The notes beneath the pieces are model-generated. The model searched no databases. It was not told the DNA's origin and saw nothing but the letters and a program-made list of their open reading frames with translations. The position numbers and the translations under genes were made by a program. This document shows positions 45,461-54,990 of a DNA stretch of 64,000 bases, piece by piece. Each line of letters starts with the position of its first letter. Positions within the stretch are counted from its first letter, which is position 1. The stretch is from sequence record ON529858.1; one strand, 5' to 3'.

Positions 45461-45787
45461 ATGGCCGACGGCTCCCTCCACATCGCCCGCCCCACCCTGG
45501 CCGAGCGCCAGAAAACCATCATGTCCAGCTACGCCGGCTGGTCCGCCCAGCGCGTGGCGAACGAACTGCTGTCAAGGGCGACGACCATGCTGGTCGAGGC
45601 CGGCGAGATCAACGCCAAGGTCGAGAGGGTCGACGCCGAGATCAAGCTGCTGGAGGGCCGGCGCCGCGAACTGCAAGACCATCAGGACGAACTCACGGGC
45701 GCGGCCGAGCGCCGCCAGAAGGACGCCATGATCGTGTCCGGCCTGGACATCGACGCCCCCGAGGCCGCGCCGCCGGGAGACCGCTGA
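45461..45787 (+). CDS. hypothetical coiled-coil protein
   Basis: ORF track. Confidence 0.65.
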   Translation: MADGSLHIARPTLAERQKTIMSSYAGWSAQRVANELLSRATTMLVEAGEINAKVERVDAEIKLLEGRRRELQDHQDELTGAAERRQKDAMIVSGLDIDAPEAAPPGDR

Positions 45788-46023
45788 TGATCTCCTGGCC
45801 GAAGGGCTCCTGGGAGGCGATCGCCTTCTTCGGCACGGCCGGCTTGCTCGCCGTCGGCGCCGCGATCGGCTTCATGCTGTTCGCCCTGGTCTACGGCCTG
45901 GGCGCCCTGCTGTTCCTGCACGACTTCTCCTTCTCGTGGGTCGCCGCCGGCATCGGCGCGGGCCTGGGCTCGCTCCCCGGCCTCCTGCTGACCTTCACCT
46001 TCCTGCGCTCTGGACTCCGCTAA
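45787..46023 (+). CDS. small membrane protein
   Basis: TGATG coupling; hydrophobic. Confidence 0.65.
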   Translation: MISWPKGSWEAIAFFGTAGLLAVGAAIGFMLFALVYGLGALLFLHDFSFSWVAAGIGAGLGSLPGLLLTFTFLRSGLR

Positions 46024-46352
46024 TGGCCGCCGCTGTATGCACCTTCGCCGCCGACGGGACCCCGACCTACGCCTACGCCAAGGTCGGCGAGGCCGTGGGC
46101 TATGATCCCGCCGATCTGTCCCTGGTCGTCCCCGACAACATCGCCGTCCATGACGTGAAGACGGGGGCGCCGGCCGTCGACCCGCGCGGGCGCAAGTATG
46201 CCTTCCTGGAGGTCAACGCCGCCGAAGGCTGGGGCGTGGTCGTCGACTACGACCGCCCCTGGGACGGCGACGACATGCCGACCAAGCGGATCACCGGCCA
46301 CTTCGAAATCCGGCTGGTCCGCCCCAAGAAGACCAAGCCCCGTGCCGCCTAA
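46023..46352 (+). CDS. hypothetical protein
   Basis: TAATG coupling. Confidence 0.6.
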   Translation: MAAAVCTFAADGTPTYAYAKVGEAVGYDPADLSLVVPDNIAVHDVKTGAPAVDPRGRKYAFLEVNAAEGWGVVVDYDRPWDGDDMPTKRITGHFEIRLVRPKKTKPRAA

Positions 46353-46365
46353 TCCGTCGGAGATC

Positions 46366-46572
46366 ATGACGGACGCCTTTCGCGACCTCATGACCCACGG
46401 CTTCTACATCACCGACCCCGACACGGGCGAGGTGCTGGAAGGCGAAGAGCGCGACCGCGTCCTGAAGATGACCAAGGCGTGGCGCAACGATATGTGGCGC
46501 GCCTTCCAGCCACTCGACGACGGCCTGAACCCGATCCGGGCGCTGAACCGGATCAAGGCGCGTGGACGCTGA
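46366..46572 (+). CDS. hypothetical protein
   Basis: GGAG RBS, ATG 46366. Confidence 0.6.
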   Translation: MTDAFRDLMTHGFYITDPDTGEVLEGEERDRVLKMTKAWRNDMWRAFQPLDDGLNPIRALNRIKARGR

Positions 46573-46630
46573 TTTGAGATCGGGCGGTAAACGGTCCCAA
46601 CCCACTATTGCCGGGTTGGGTCCGCGCCCG

Positions 46631-46677
46631 TTTATGCGCTTTTCCGCATAATCCGGTTTTATGCGCTTTTCCGCATA
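46631..46677. promoter_or_regulatory. tandem operator-like palindromes TATGCG-N6-CGCATA
   Basis: TTTATGCGCTTTTCCGCATA at 46631 and 46658. Confidence 0.6.
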
Positions 46678-46918
46678 TTCGCCCGGTCCGGACCACCGAC
46701 CGGGCGAACATTCGCGAGGTGTGTCACCTTCGCTTTACACAATCCCGGTTTAACGGAGCGCGAAGGCGACATTCCGCCCAGCCGGAACGCCGGCGGCCCT
46801 GACTATCGCGCATGTCAGATGCGCCGAAGTTCCGCCGATCGAAGATTCCTACGTCAGGATTGTTGACATACTTCGTCGCCTGTGGTGTCTTGATCTCGTT
46901 AACCATACGGGCTCCCCG

Positions 46919-47179
46919 ATGTCCCTTCCTCTCCCCGTGGTGGTCGACTGTCTCGTGACGGTCGGTTGCCTCTCGACCCGCGAATACCGGGTCCTGCACA
47001 TCATCGACGACCATGCCTGGATCAGGCCGGTCGACGGCGGCGAGGACGCGCTGAAGCGTCTCACCCGCCTCCAGATGGTCGAGGTGGAAGTGGAGATCGT
47101 CGAGGTCGAGGTGACCGAATCTGTCGCCCCGCTGGGCCACTATCTCGACTCGTTCTTCGCTTTCCCCAAGGCCGCCTGA
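46919..47179 (+). CDS. hypothetical protein
   Basis: After TTGACA at 46863. Confidence 0.6.
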   Translation: MSLPLPVVVDCLVTVGCLSTREYRVLHIIDDHAWIRPVDGGEDALKRLTRLQMVEVEVEIVEVEVTESVAPLGHYLDSFFAFPKAA

Positions 47180-47493
47180 TGATCCGCCTCAACGCCGTCC
47201 CGCACAAGTCGAACACCGACAAGAGCGGCCGGGTGATCTTCGTGAACCCGGACCACATCACCCAGGTCAACGCGCCCTACGACGGCTCGAACTATCCGGG
47301 CGCCCGCGCCGCCGTCACCGTGCGCGACGCCGACTGCGAGATGGTCGCCGAGAGCCCCGACGAAGTCATGATGCTGAAGGCCGGCTGGTATAACCAGCAC
47401 AAGATCGCCGACACCGCCAACTCCCACGAACTCTGCCTCTACGTCTGGCTGGAGAATACGTTCGTGAAGCCTGAAAAGGTGATGGCGCGATGA
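47179..47493 (+). CDS. hypothetical protein
   Basis: TGATG coupling. Confidence 0.6.
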   Translation: MIRLNAVPHKSNTDKSGRVIFVNPDHITQVNAPYDGSNYPGARAAVTVRDADCEMVAESPDEVMMLKAGWYNQHKIADTANSHELCLYVWLENTFVKPEKVMAR

Positions 47494-48287
47494 GCACCAC
47501 CCACTATCAGCCGACCACCGTGGTCGGTGAAGAGAACGGACACGCAGTCGTCGCCAAGGATGGCCCCGCCTACCGGGTCACCGACGAAGACGTCAACATG
47601 GCGGCTGCTGCCGCCCGCCTCTTCCTGAAGGAAGGGGCCGCACCCAACAACAAGACTCTGGCGGCGCAACTCTCCCGCACCCTGCTTCATATCCTTGACG
47701 AACGGGTTGATCCGCGCCGCCAGTTCATCTCCCCCGAGGTCATGACCGCCTCCGGGCAGTATTTCGATTTCGAGCGCCCCGAGGCCTTCGACTGGTCGAT
47801 CGACGACATCGCCCATGGCCTGTCGATGCAGTGTCGCTTCACCGGCCACACCGGGGTCTTCTATTCGACCGCACAGCACTCGTGCCTCGCCTCCGATCTG
47901 GCGGCGCCGGAGTTCAAGTTCGAAGCCCTGATGCACGACGGCCATGAGTCCTTCCTGGGTGACATGGCGACTCCGCTGAAAATCCTCTGCCCCGACTACC
48001 GCCGCGTCGAGGACCGGGCCGAGGCGGCGCTGCGCGCCCGCTACAACCTGCCGGCCAAGATGAGCCCCGAGGTCAAGAAGATCGACACCCTCATGCTGGG
48101 CTGGGAGAAGCGCGACCTGATGGTCCCGTCCGACGGCGAGCAGTGGTCGATGCTGGCCGGCGTCGTGCCGCCCCAGCACAAGATCATCGCCTGGAGCCCC
48201 GAGTGGTCCAAGGCCGCCTTCCTCCACCGCTTCCGGCTGGAGTTCCCTCTTCACATGGAGCGCGTCGCGCGCAGTTTCTCCGCATGA
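47490..48287 (+). CDS. HD-domain 5'-deoxynucleotidase-like (YfbR/YfdR type)
   Basis: IAHGLS..CRFTGH...YSTAQHS, ALMHDGHESFLGDMATPLK, VKKID. Confidence 0.85.
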   Translation: MSTTHYQPTTVVGEENGHAVVAKDGPAYRVTDEDVNMAAAAARLFLKEGAAPNNKTLAAQLSRTLLHILDERVDPRRQFISPEVMTASGQYFDFERPEAFDWSIDDIAHGLSMQCRFTGHTGVFYSTAQHSCLASDLAAPEFKFEALMHDGHESFLGDMATPLKILCPDYRRVEDRAEAALRARYNLPAKMSPEVKKIDTLMLGWEKRDLMVPSDGEQWSMLAGVVPPQHKIIAWSPEWSKAAFLHRFRLEFPLHMERVARSFSA

Positions 48288-48580
48288 GCAAGCCCATCGC
48301 CATCTCCGAGGTCCGTGAAATCCAGAAGCCGTTCTCGGCTGACGCGATGATGGACGCCATCAACGAGCGCATCAAGGCCGCCGCTGCCGAAGGCCGCGAC
48401 GTCGCCTGGGTCCGGGTCGACGACGTTCGCGATCGCTCGTTGAGGGCGACCCTCACGGCGTCCACCGTGCTCAGCAAGAGCCTGAAGGAAGCGACCGAAC
48501 GGTTCAAAGAGGCGGGCTACACCGTCACGCATTTCCCCGGCGATCAGCGGGAAACCGAAAGCTGGAGCATCCGCTGGTGA
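48284..48580 (+). CDS. hypothetical protein
   Basis: ATGA overlap. Confidence 0.6.
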   Translation: MSKPIAISEVREIQKPFSADAMMDAINERIKAAAAEGRDVAWVRVDDVRDRSLRATLTASTVLSKSLKEATERFKEAGYTVTHFPGDQRETESWSIRW

Positions 48581-49542
48581 CCAAGACCATGACCCGAGAC
48601 TTCTCGCCCAACCGGGCGTCGATCGCCGACAGCTACAAGCCCGACGTGGTGCTCTACCACCATCCGTGCTCTGACGGCATGGGCGCCGCCTGGGCGGTCT
48701 GGAGCCGCTGGCCGGGCATCACCTTCTCGCCGGCCTCCTACGAGGACGACAAGATGCCGGACCTCGTCGGCAAGCACGTCCTCATCGTCGACTTCAGCTA
48801 CAAGCGCGACAAGCTGGTCGAGATCGCCAGCCGCGCCGCGTCGGTGACCCTGCTGGATCACCACGAATCCGCCGAGCGTGATCTGGCCGAGTGGATCGTC
48901 ACCGCCGACCAGCTTCTGCCGCCGGGCGCCCTCGCCCGCCGCGACCCTGCGCAATACGGGCCGCCGATCCAGGCGCTGTTCGACATGAAGCGCTCCGGTG
49001 CGATGATGGCCTGGAACTACGTCTTCCCCGGCATGAACCCGCCGAAGATGATCCAGTATATCCAGGACCGCGACCTGTGGACCTGGGCTCTGCCTCAGTC
49101 GCGGGCGATCGCCGCCTACTCGCAGACCGTGAACCTGTCCTTCGGTGCGTTCGAGGAACTGCACATCGAACTGGAAGAGCCGGAATCGTTCGCTCGCGCG
49201 GCCGACATCGGCGCCATCCTGGTCGAGCGCATGGACAGCGAGATCAAGACCGCCATCAAGGCGACGAAGCGCTTCATGACGATCGGCGGGCACGTCGTCC
49301 CGGTCTGCAACCTGCCCTACATGATGGCCTCGGACGGCGGCAACATCCTGTCCAAGGGCCACGCCTTCGCGGCGACCTACTTCGATCTCGCCGACGGCCG
49401 CCGCAAGTTCTCGCTCCGGTCCGACAACACCGACCCGAACGCGGCGAACGTCTCGCTCATCGCCGCCAGCTACGGCGGCGGCGGCCACTACCACGCGGCC
49501 GGCATCACCATGCCGAAGGGCTGGGAAGGCGACGAACTGTGA
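48577..49542 (+). CDS. DHH/DHHA1-family phosphoesterase
   Basis: YHHPCSDG, IVDFS, LLDHH, IQDRDLW, YGGGGHYHAAG. Confidence 0.9.
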   Translation: MTKTMTRDFSPNRASIADSYKPDVVLYHHPCSDGMGAAWAVWSRWPGITFSPASYEDDKMPDLVGKHVLIVDFSYKRDKLVEIASRAASVTLLDHHESAERDLAEWIVTADQLLPPGALARRDPAQYGPPIQALFDMKRSGAMMAWNYVFPGMNPPKMIQYIQDRDLWTWALPQSRAIAAYSQTVNLSFGAFEELHIELEEPESFARAADIGAILVERMDSEIKTAIKATKRFMTIGGHVVPVCNLPYMMASDGGNILSKGHAFAATYFDLADGRRKFSLRSDNTDPNAANVSLIAASYGGGGHYHAAGITMPKGWEGDEL

Positions 49543-49823
49543 TCACCCTGGAGATGAACCTTGTCCCCTACGGCCGCCGCATGTTCGGCGAGCAGTTGGT
49601 GATGACGGGCACGATCTGGACCGACGAACGCCGGCCGGTTCATCACTACACCCTGCGCGCCAACGACGGCCGCGTCCTCATGGAGGGCGAGGTTCCCAAG
49701 ACCAAGTCCGGGCACCGCAACCCTCTCCACCTCCTGTCCGCCATCATGGCCGACTTCAACCCCGACCTCTTCGGCGACGACTACGTCACCTGTGAGGCAG
49801 ACATCAAGGCGGGCCGAAAGTGA
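49539..49823 (+). CDS. hypothetical protein
   Basis: GTGA overlap. Confidence 0.6.
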   Translation: MITLEMNLVPYGRRMFGEQLVMTGTIWTDERRPVHHYTLRANDGRVLMEGEVPKTKSGHRNPLHLLSAIMADFNPDLFGDDYVTCEADIKAGRK

Positions 49824-50305
49824 GCACCTACTTCCTCGACTGCGAGTTCAATGGGTTCGGCGGGCAACTCCTGTCCCTCGCCCTGGTCGAAGCGGTCGGC
49901 TCGCGCGTGATCGTCCCCGAGGCGCCGGTCCGTCACCTCTACATGACCTTCGCGCACGACGGCATGACGATCGAGCCCTGGGTCGCCGAGAACGTCCTGC
50001 CGATCATGTCGGCGATCCCCGAGGGCTACGAGCAGTCCTTCCCGCTGAACCGCCGCGTCGCCGCCGAGATGATCCGTGACTTCCTGACGGCGGACCCGGC
50101 CCCCTACATCGTCACCGACTGGCCCGACGACGTCCGCTACTTCTGCGAGTCCGTCATCACCGCACCGGGCGAGATGGTCTCCATCCCCAGCCTCCGGTTC
50201 GAGGTCTGCCGTGTCGACGCCTACCCTTCCCGCCTGAACGACGCCGTTCAGCACAACGCCCTATGGGACGCGCTTGCCCTGCGCGATCTCCTTCTCAAGG
50301 ACTAA
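49820..50305 (+). CDS. DEDDh 3'-5' exonuclease-like protein
   Basis: YFLDCEF..., SLALV, WPDD, HNALWDA. Confidence 0.8.
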   Translation: MSTYFLDCEFNGFGGQLLSLALVEAVGSRVIVPEAPVRHLYMTFAHDGMTIEPWVAENVLPIMSAIPEGYEQSFPLNRRVAAEMIRDFLTADPAPYIVTDWPDDVRYFCESVITAPGEMVSIPSLRFEVCRVDAYPSRLNDAVQHNALWDALALRDLLLKD

Positions 50306-50308
50306 CCG

Positions 50309-50677
50309 ATGAGCGACCCCGTCAAGATCGAAGCCTGCGCGCGCGCCGCGCACGAGGCCAACCGCGCCTACTGCATCGCCATCGGCGATCTGACGCAACC
50401 CTCCTGGGAAGAAGCGCCCGAGTGGCAGAAGAAGAGCGCCGTCAACGGTGTGATCGGCGTCCTGCACGGCAACGGCCCCGAGCAGTCGCACGAAAGCTGG
50501 TCGGCCGAGAGGATCGCCGACGGCTGGAGGTTCGGCGAAGAGAAGGACCCCGAGGCCAAGACGCACCCCTGCCTCGTGCCCTACGCTGAACTGTCCGACG
50601 CCCAGCGGCGCAAGGACGACGTCTACGTCGCCGTGGTCAACGCCATGCGCAACGCCCTGGCGCTGCGCGCCGCCTGA
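50309..50677 (+). CDS. RyR-domain protein
   Basis: HESWSAERIADGWRFGEEKDPEAKTHPCLVPYAELSDAQRRKD. Confidence 0.85.
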   Translation: MSDPVKIEACARAAHEANRAYCIAIGDLTQPSWEEAPEWQKKSAVNGVIGVLHGNGPEQSHESWSAERIADGWRFGEEKDPEAKTHPCLVPYAELSDAQRRKDDVYVAVVNAMRNALALRAA

Positions 50678-50841
50678 TGCAACTCCCGACCTGGATACCC
50701 CGCATCTCGCGGCCTTGGAACCCGGCGTATCGCTCGACGTGGGACGTGATGTCCGACAACGAGAAGCGCTGGTCCTGGCTGTTCGATGCCGGGGTGGTCC
50801 TGGTCGTCGGCATCGTCCTCCTGGTCCTGTCCCGCCAATGA
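50677..50841 (+). CDS. small membrane protein, 54 aa (not in ORF track)
   Basis: TGATG/ATGA overlaps; C-terminal TM. Confidence 0.5.
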   Translation: MQLPTWIPRISRPWNPAYRSTWDVMSDNEKRWSWLFDAGVVLVVGIVLLVLSRQ

Positions 50842-51101
50842 CCACCCTCATCATCGTTGAGGATGCCTCGACCGCTCAGCAGATGCAGCGGCACATCCCG
50901 GTCGACATCTGCCGGTTCGGCTTCCCGTTCATGACCCTGGCAGGTCTGCGCTACGACCGCGTCTACCTGCGCTGGCCGAGCCCGAACTGGTTCACGGCGC
51001 GCCGCTGCACCGACCAGAAACTCCAAGATTGGGTTCGGATGGAACTGACGCACCAGATGCGCAGGTCCGGCCCCGATGCCCCTGATTTCCAATACTTCTG
51101 A
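50838..51101 (+). CDS. hypothetical protein
   Basis: ATG 50838. Confidence 0.55.
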   Translation: MTTLIIVEDASTAQQMQRHIPVDICRFGFPFMTLAGLRYDRVYLRWPSPNWFTARRCTDQKLQDWVRMELTHQMRRSGPDAPDFQYF

Positions 51102-51107
51102 GGACCC

Positions 51108-51500
51108 ATGACCGACTTCATCGACCGTCGCCTGAAGGTGACCGTGTCCGGCCCGCGCGGCGCCGGCAAGACCAACCTGACCCTGGCGATCGCCCGGATG
51201 CTGACCGGCTACGCCGACCAGGGCCTGCGCGCCGACCAGATCGAGGCCGCGCCGGGCGACAAGGACGCGGCCGTCGCGCTCGACCACCTGAACAAGGGCG
51301 GCAAGGTCGAGACCGCCGACCGCATCTCCGTAATCATGGCGAACGTGTCCGAGGAAATCGAGCCCCGCGAAGTCCGCACGGTCGGCCAACTGATCGAAGC
51401 GCTCCAGCGCCTGCCGGCGAAGGCCGAGGTCATCGGCGGCGAGTGCAAGCCCCTGAAGGTCGTTCCGCAGACGACCGGCGCCATCCTCATCAACGGCTAG
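51108..51500 (+). CDS. small P-loop-containing protein
   Basis: SGPRGAGKT Walker A; GAGG RBS. Confidence 0.6.
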   Translation: MTDFIDRRLKVTVSGPRGAGKTNLTLAIARMLTGYADQGLRADQIEAAPGDKDAAVALDHLNKGGKVETADRISVIMANVSEEIEPREVRTVGQLIEALQRLPAKAEVIGGECKPLKVVPQTTGAILING

Positions 51501-51514
51501 AAGGACTGAACCCC

Positions 51515-51667
51515 ATGAGCAAGAAGCTGACCAAGACCCCGCCGCCCGTGCCGGGCATCAACCGCCGTCCGATCCTGATGGCGACGACCGCCTTCGGGAA
51601 CTGGCACTACCTGATGACCCCGATGACGGCCGAGTTCGGCTGGCACGGCGCCACCGAAGCCAACTAA
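51515..51667 (+). CDS. small hypothetical protein
   Basis: AAGGA RBS, ATG 51515. Confidence 0.5.
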   Translation: MSKKLTKTPPPVPGINRRPILMATTAFGNWHYLMTPMTAEFGWHGATEAN

Positions 51668-51737
51668 ACGCTTGACATAGGCGACACACTGTGTCGCGAA
51701 TCTTGACGTTGCGCCCGGATCATGCCATGGTCCGGGC

Positions 51738-52277
51738 ATGTCGCGTTCCCCTGGCGGGCGCACCCGCCGGCGGCTGACGCCGGCCAATCGTCGCTCGATG
51801 GCGGCGAACGGTGTCGTCTCGAACCCCACCCATCGCACCTACCCAGGCCGCATCCGCCGGCCGGCGCCCGGCATGTGCCGCTGGTGCGGCGTGCTGATCT
51901 GGAAGACCGACGGCACGATTGATCGGAACCGCACCTTCTGCGGTCAACAATGTGTCACGAACTACTTGCTGCGCGCAGACCCCGCCGTGATGCGCCGCCA
52001 CGTCTTCTTCCGGGACCAAGGCTTCTGCGGCCTGTGCGGCAAGCAGCACCTCTCGCTGCGCTCCAAGGACTGGCAGGCCGACCACATCGAGCCGCTATTC
52101 ATGGCTGCGGCCGATCCTGCGTTCTGGGAACCCGAGAACGTCCAAGTCCTCTGCACCTCGCCCTGTCACCACGCAAAAAGTGCAGCAGATAGAGAGCGTT
52201 ACGCCGAGGTCTATGCGCTGCTGAAGGAGAGCGCCCCGACCGTCCGGCGCGTCCGGCTGGCAGAAAGGTTGTCGTGA
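51738..52277 (+). CDS. HNH endonuclease
   Basis: CRWCG...FCGQQC Zn motif; CGLCG, WQADHIEP, ENVQVLC...CHHAKS. Confidence 0.85.
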   Translation: MSRSPGGRTRRRLTPANRRSMAANGVVSNPTHRTYPGRIRRPAPGMCRWCGVLIWKTDGTIDRNRTFCGQQCVTNYLLRADPAVMRRHVFFRDQGFCGLCGKQHLSLRSKDWQADHIEPLFMAAADPAFWEPENVQVLCTSPCHHAKSAADRERYAEVYALLKESAPTVRRVRLAERLS

Positions 52278-52308
52278 GTCAAGACGTAAAACGTCGTGAA
52301 TCTTGACA
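52278..52308 (+). promoter_or_regulatory. conserved promoter motif upstream of scaffold/capsid operon
   Basis: GACGTAAAACGTCGTGAATCTTGAC; 24/25 identical to 56634-56658. Confidence 0.75.
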
Positions 52309-52443
52309 AAGCGAATCTTTTTTGCTAGGGTCCGCCTCAATCCCGATAGGCCTACCTGTTTCCCGACGATGGCAGGCCGGACATCTCAACAGTGACGGGT
52401 CGTCGCCCCTCCACAGGGTCTGTGGAAGTAGAGAAACACACCT

Positions 52444-53235
52444 ATGCCTATCCTGAGTTTCGACTCGCTCGACCTCGTTCCCGAAGGTCTGCGCGAGTCC
52501 GCGAAGCAAGCCGAAGGGTCCGACAAGTTCTCCGTGAACGTCGTCGCCGCCCACAAGATCGACGAGTTCCGCGACAACAACATCCAGATTTCGAAGGAGC
52601 GCGATCAGCTTCTGAAGGACCTGGAGCCGCTGAAGAATATCGTGGGTGAAGACCCCGAAGCCTTCGGAGCCCACCTGGAAGAACTGCGCAACATCGCGCA
52701 GCGCGTCAAGGACGGCGAACTGAAGGAAGGCCGTGGCCTCGACGAAGCGCTTCAGAAGCGCACCGAGGAAATGCGGAAGCAATACCAGGACCAACTTCAA
52801 AAGGTTGGTTCCGAGAAGGCCGCCTGGGAAGCCCGCCACAAGCAGGTCGAAGCGCGGTTCAAGGAATCGCTGGTCTCCAACGCCATCACGGCGGCGGCGA
52901 TGGCGAACGGTTCGGGCGTCGAACCGACTGCTGTTGACGAGATCGTGCGTAGCGCGCTCGGCGTCTTCAAGTCGGACGATGCGGGCCGCCTGACGCCGTA
53001 TGCGGGGGAAGCCCCGATCTACGGCGCCGATGGTGTCTCGCCGATGACGCCGAAGGAATGGCTGCTGAAGCTGAAGGAAGAGAAGCCCTTCTTCTTCCAA
53101 CAGTCCGGCGGCGGCGGAGCCGGCGGCGACAAGTCGGTGAAGACGGTCCACGGCAAGACCGGCGACCAACTGAAGTCGATGACGGCGGCCGAACGTCTGG
53201 CCGTTGCGAACGGCGAAGTCAGCGCCCGCCTGTAA
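52444..53235 (+). CDS. head scaffolding protein
   Basis: Coiled-coil, PFFFQQSGGGGAGG C-terminal pattern, directly upstream of capsid gene. Confidence 0.75.
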   Translation: MPILSFDSLDLVPEGLRESAKQAEGSDKFSVNVVAAHKIDEFRDNNIQISKERDQLLKDLEPLKNIVGEDPEAFGAHLEELRNIAQRVKDGELKEGRGLDEALQKRTEEMRKQYQDQLQKVGSEKAAWEARHKQVEARFKESLVSNAITAAAMANGSGVEPTAVDEIVRSALGVFKSDDAGRLTPYAGEAPIYGADGVSPMTPKEWLLKLKEEKPFFFQQSGGGGAGGDKSVKTVHGKTGDQLKSMTAAERLAVANGEVSARL

Positions 53236-53492
53236 GGCGAACGAATAATCCCACGTCGGGAAAACGACGAGAGGCCTTCCGGGGAGCCTGCACCAATCCC
53301 TGGACCAAGTTTCGACCTTCGGGTCGCAGTCCCCCAGGCGCTTCTTAGCAGCCGGGACGCACAAGTCAAGTCCCCTCTCACGGGAGGGGGCGAGAGATTC
53401 CTCTGGGCGCCTGCCGGGCGGTTCAGGGGCGAACCCGAGGCGGGGGCCGCCTCTCAAACCCGCTCGGCACGAACCCATAAGGAGCAAGCCCA

Positions 53493-54437
53493 ATGGCTGC
53501 TGTTACCCTGCTTCAAGCGTCCGAAATGGCGCTCGGCAACGATGAAGTCAAGCGCGCCGCGATCATCGAACTGTTCGCAACGCCTGACATCCTGCGCGTG
53601 ATTCCGTTCCTGGACATCACGGGCGGCGCCTACACCTACCTGCAAGAAGGCCAGCTTTCGGGCGTCGCCTTCCGTGGCATCAACGAGTCCTACACGACCT
53701 CGACCGGTGTCATCAACCCGCAGGTCGAACGTCTCCGCATCGTCGGTGGCGACCTGGACGTCGACAAGGCGCTCCTGAAGACCCACGGCACGGGCATCCG
53801 CTCGCAGCAAGAGCGCATGAAGGTCAAGGCCCTCTCGCTCTATCTGGCCGGCAAGTTCATCAACGGCGACTCGGAAGCCGACCCCCGCGAGTTCGACGGT
53901 CTGCGCAAGCGCATCACCGGCTCGCAACTGTTCCCTGCTGGCGGCACCGCTGGTGGTGACGCCCTGTCGCTGGCCGTCCTGGACGAAGCCATCGACGCCG
54001 TCGACGGCGCGAACTACCTCGTGATGTCGAAGCGTATGCGTAACCTGCTCGCGCAGTCGGCCAACAACCCCAACGTGACCGGCTACGTCACCTGGGACAG
54101 CGAGAACTTCGGCAACACCGTCCGTCGCGTCATGCGCTACGCCGACCTGCCGATCCTGGTCACCGACTACGACGACCGCAACGATCAGGTCATCGACTTC
54201 AACGAAGCCAACCCTGGCGGCGGCGCCTCGGAAGGCACCTCGATCTACGTTCTGAACGTGGGCGATGAAGGCGTTCTGGGTCTCCAGAACGGCGTCATGG
54301 AAATCGAGGACCTGGGCGAAATCGACGCCAAGCCCGTTCTGCGCACCCGCGTCGAATGGCTGGTCTCGATGGCCGTCCTCTCGGGCCGCGCCGCTGCCCG
54401 CGTCTGGGGTATCAAGAAGGCCGCTGTCGTCCGCTAA
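53493..54437 (+). CDS. major capsid protein
   Basis: TLLQASEM...IIELF...IL..IPF..I.G.AY.Y..EG.L.GVAFR.INE; EFDGLRKRI; strong AAGGAG RBS; terminator follows. Confidence 0.88.
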   Translation: MAAVTLLQASEMALGNDEVKRAAIIELFATPDILRVIPFLDITGGAYTYLQEGQLSGVAFRGINESYTTSTGVINPQVERLRIVGGDLDVDKALLKTHGTGIRSQQERMKVKALSLYLAGKFINGDSEADPREFDGLRKRITGSQLFPAGGTAGGDALSLAVLDEAIDAVDGANYLVMSKRMRNLLAQSANNPNVTGYVTWDSENFGNTVRRVMRYADLPILVTDYDDRNDQVIDFNEANPGGGASEGTSIYVLNVGDEGVLGLQNGVMEIEDLGEIDAKPVLRTRVEWLVSMAVLSGRAAARVWGIKKAAVVR

Positions 54438-54447
54438 GGACGGCAAT

Positions 54448-54472
54448 CGGGGGAGGCTAACCCCTCCCCCGA
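54448..54472 (+). terminator. hairpin after capsid gene
   Basis: GGGGGAGG...CCTCCCCC stem. Confidence 0.45.
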
Positions 54473-54524
54473 GGCTCTTCAAGACCTCGTTCCCTACAAC
54501 TCTCTGAACAGGAAACCCCCAGAG

Positions 54525-54962
54525 ATGGAATCCAAGATTCGCCACCAATACGACGCTGACCTCGCGCTTCGCGCGCCCGGTTCGGCTGCGATCACCGCGA
54601 CGACCGCCACCGGCGCCGTCGACATCTACCGTCTGGACCGCGCTCGCGGCGTGCAGGGCCGTTATGGCATCGGCTCGTTCGACATCGTGATCCACTTCGG
54701 CGCGCTCGACACGACCACCGGCGATGAGACCTACTTCATCGACGTGGAAACCGTTGACGCCAACGGCGCCAACGCCGTCGTCCAAGCGACCGTTCCGGTC
54801 GTGGCCGGCAACCTCGGCGAGCCGATCGTGCTGGGCTTCCACCCCTCCACGTTCGCTGCCAAGGACCCGGACGCCGCCAAGGTCCGCCTGAACGTCCGCG
54901 TCGCCGGCACCACGCCGTCGGCCACGTTCTACGCCTTCCTGGCCCCGCACTCGCACTACTAA
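54525..54962 (+). CDS. probable minor capsid/decoration protein
   Basis: Beta-rich 145-aa protein immediately after capsid gene. Confidence 0.6.
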   Translation: MESKIRHQYDADLALRAPGSAAITATTATGAVDIYRLDRARGVQGRYGIGSFDIVIHFGALDTTTGDETYFIDVETVDANGANAVVQATVPVVAGNLGEPIVLGFHPSTFAAKDPDAAKVRLNVRVAGTTPSATFYAFLAPHSHY

Positions 54963-54990
54963 GCGAGCGCCGGCCAGCCGGGTAACGATT

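Noticed and set aside
47490-48287. DatZ-type dATPase implying a Z-genome
   Set aside because: HD motifs fit the generic YfbR/YfdR type. No purZ or related genes are in this window, so it cannot be supported.
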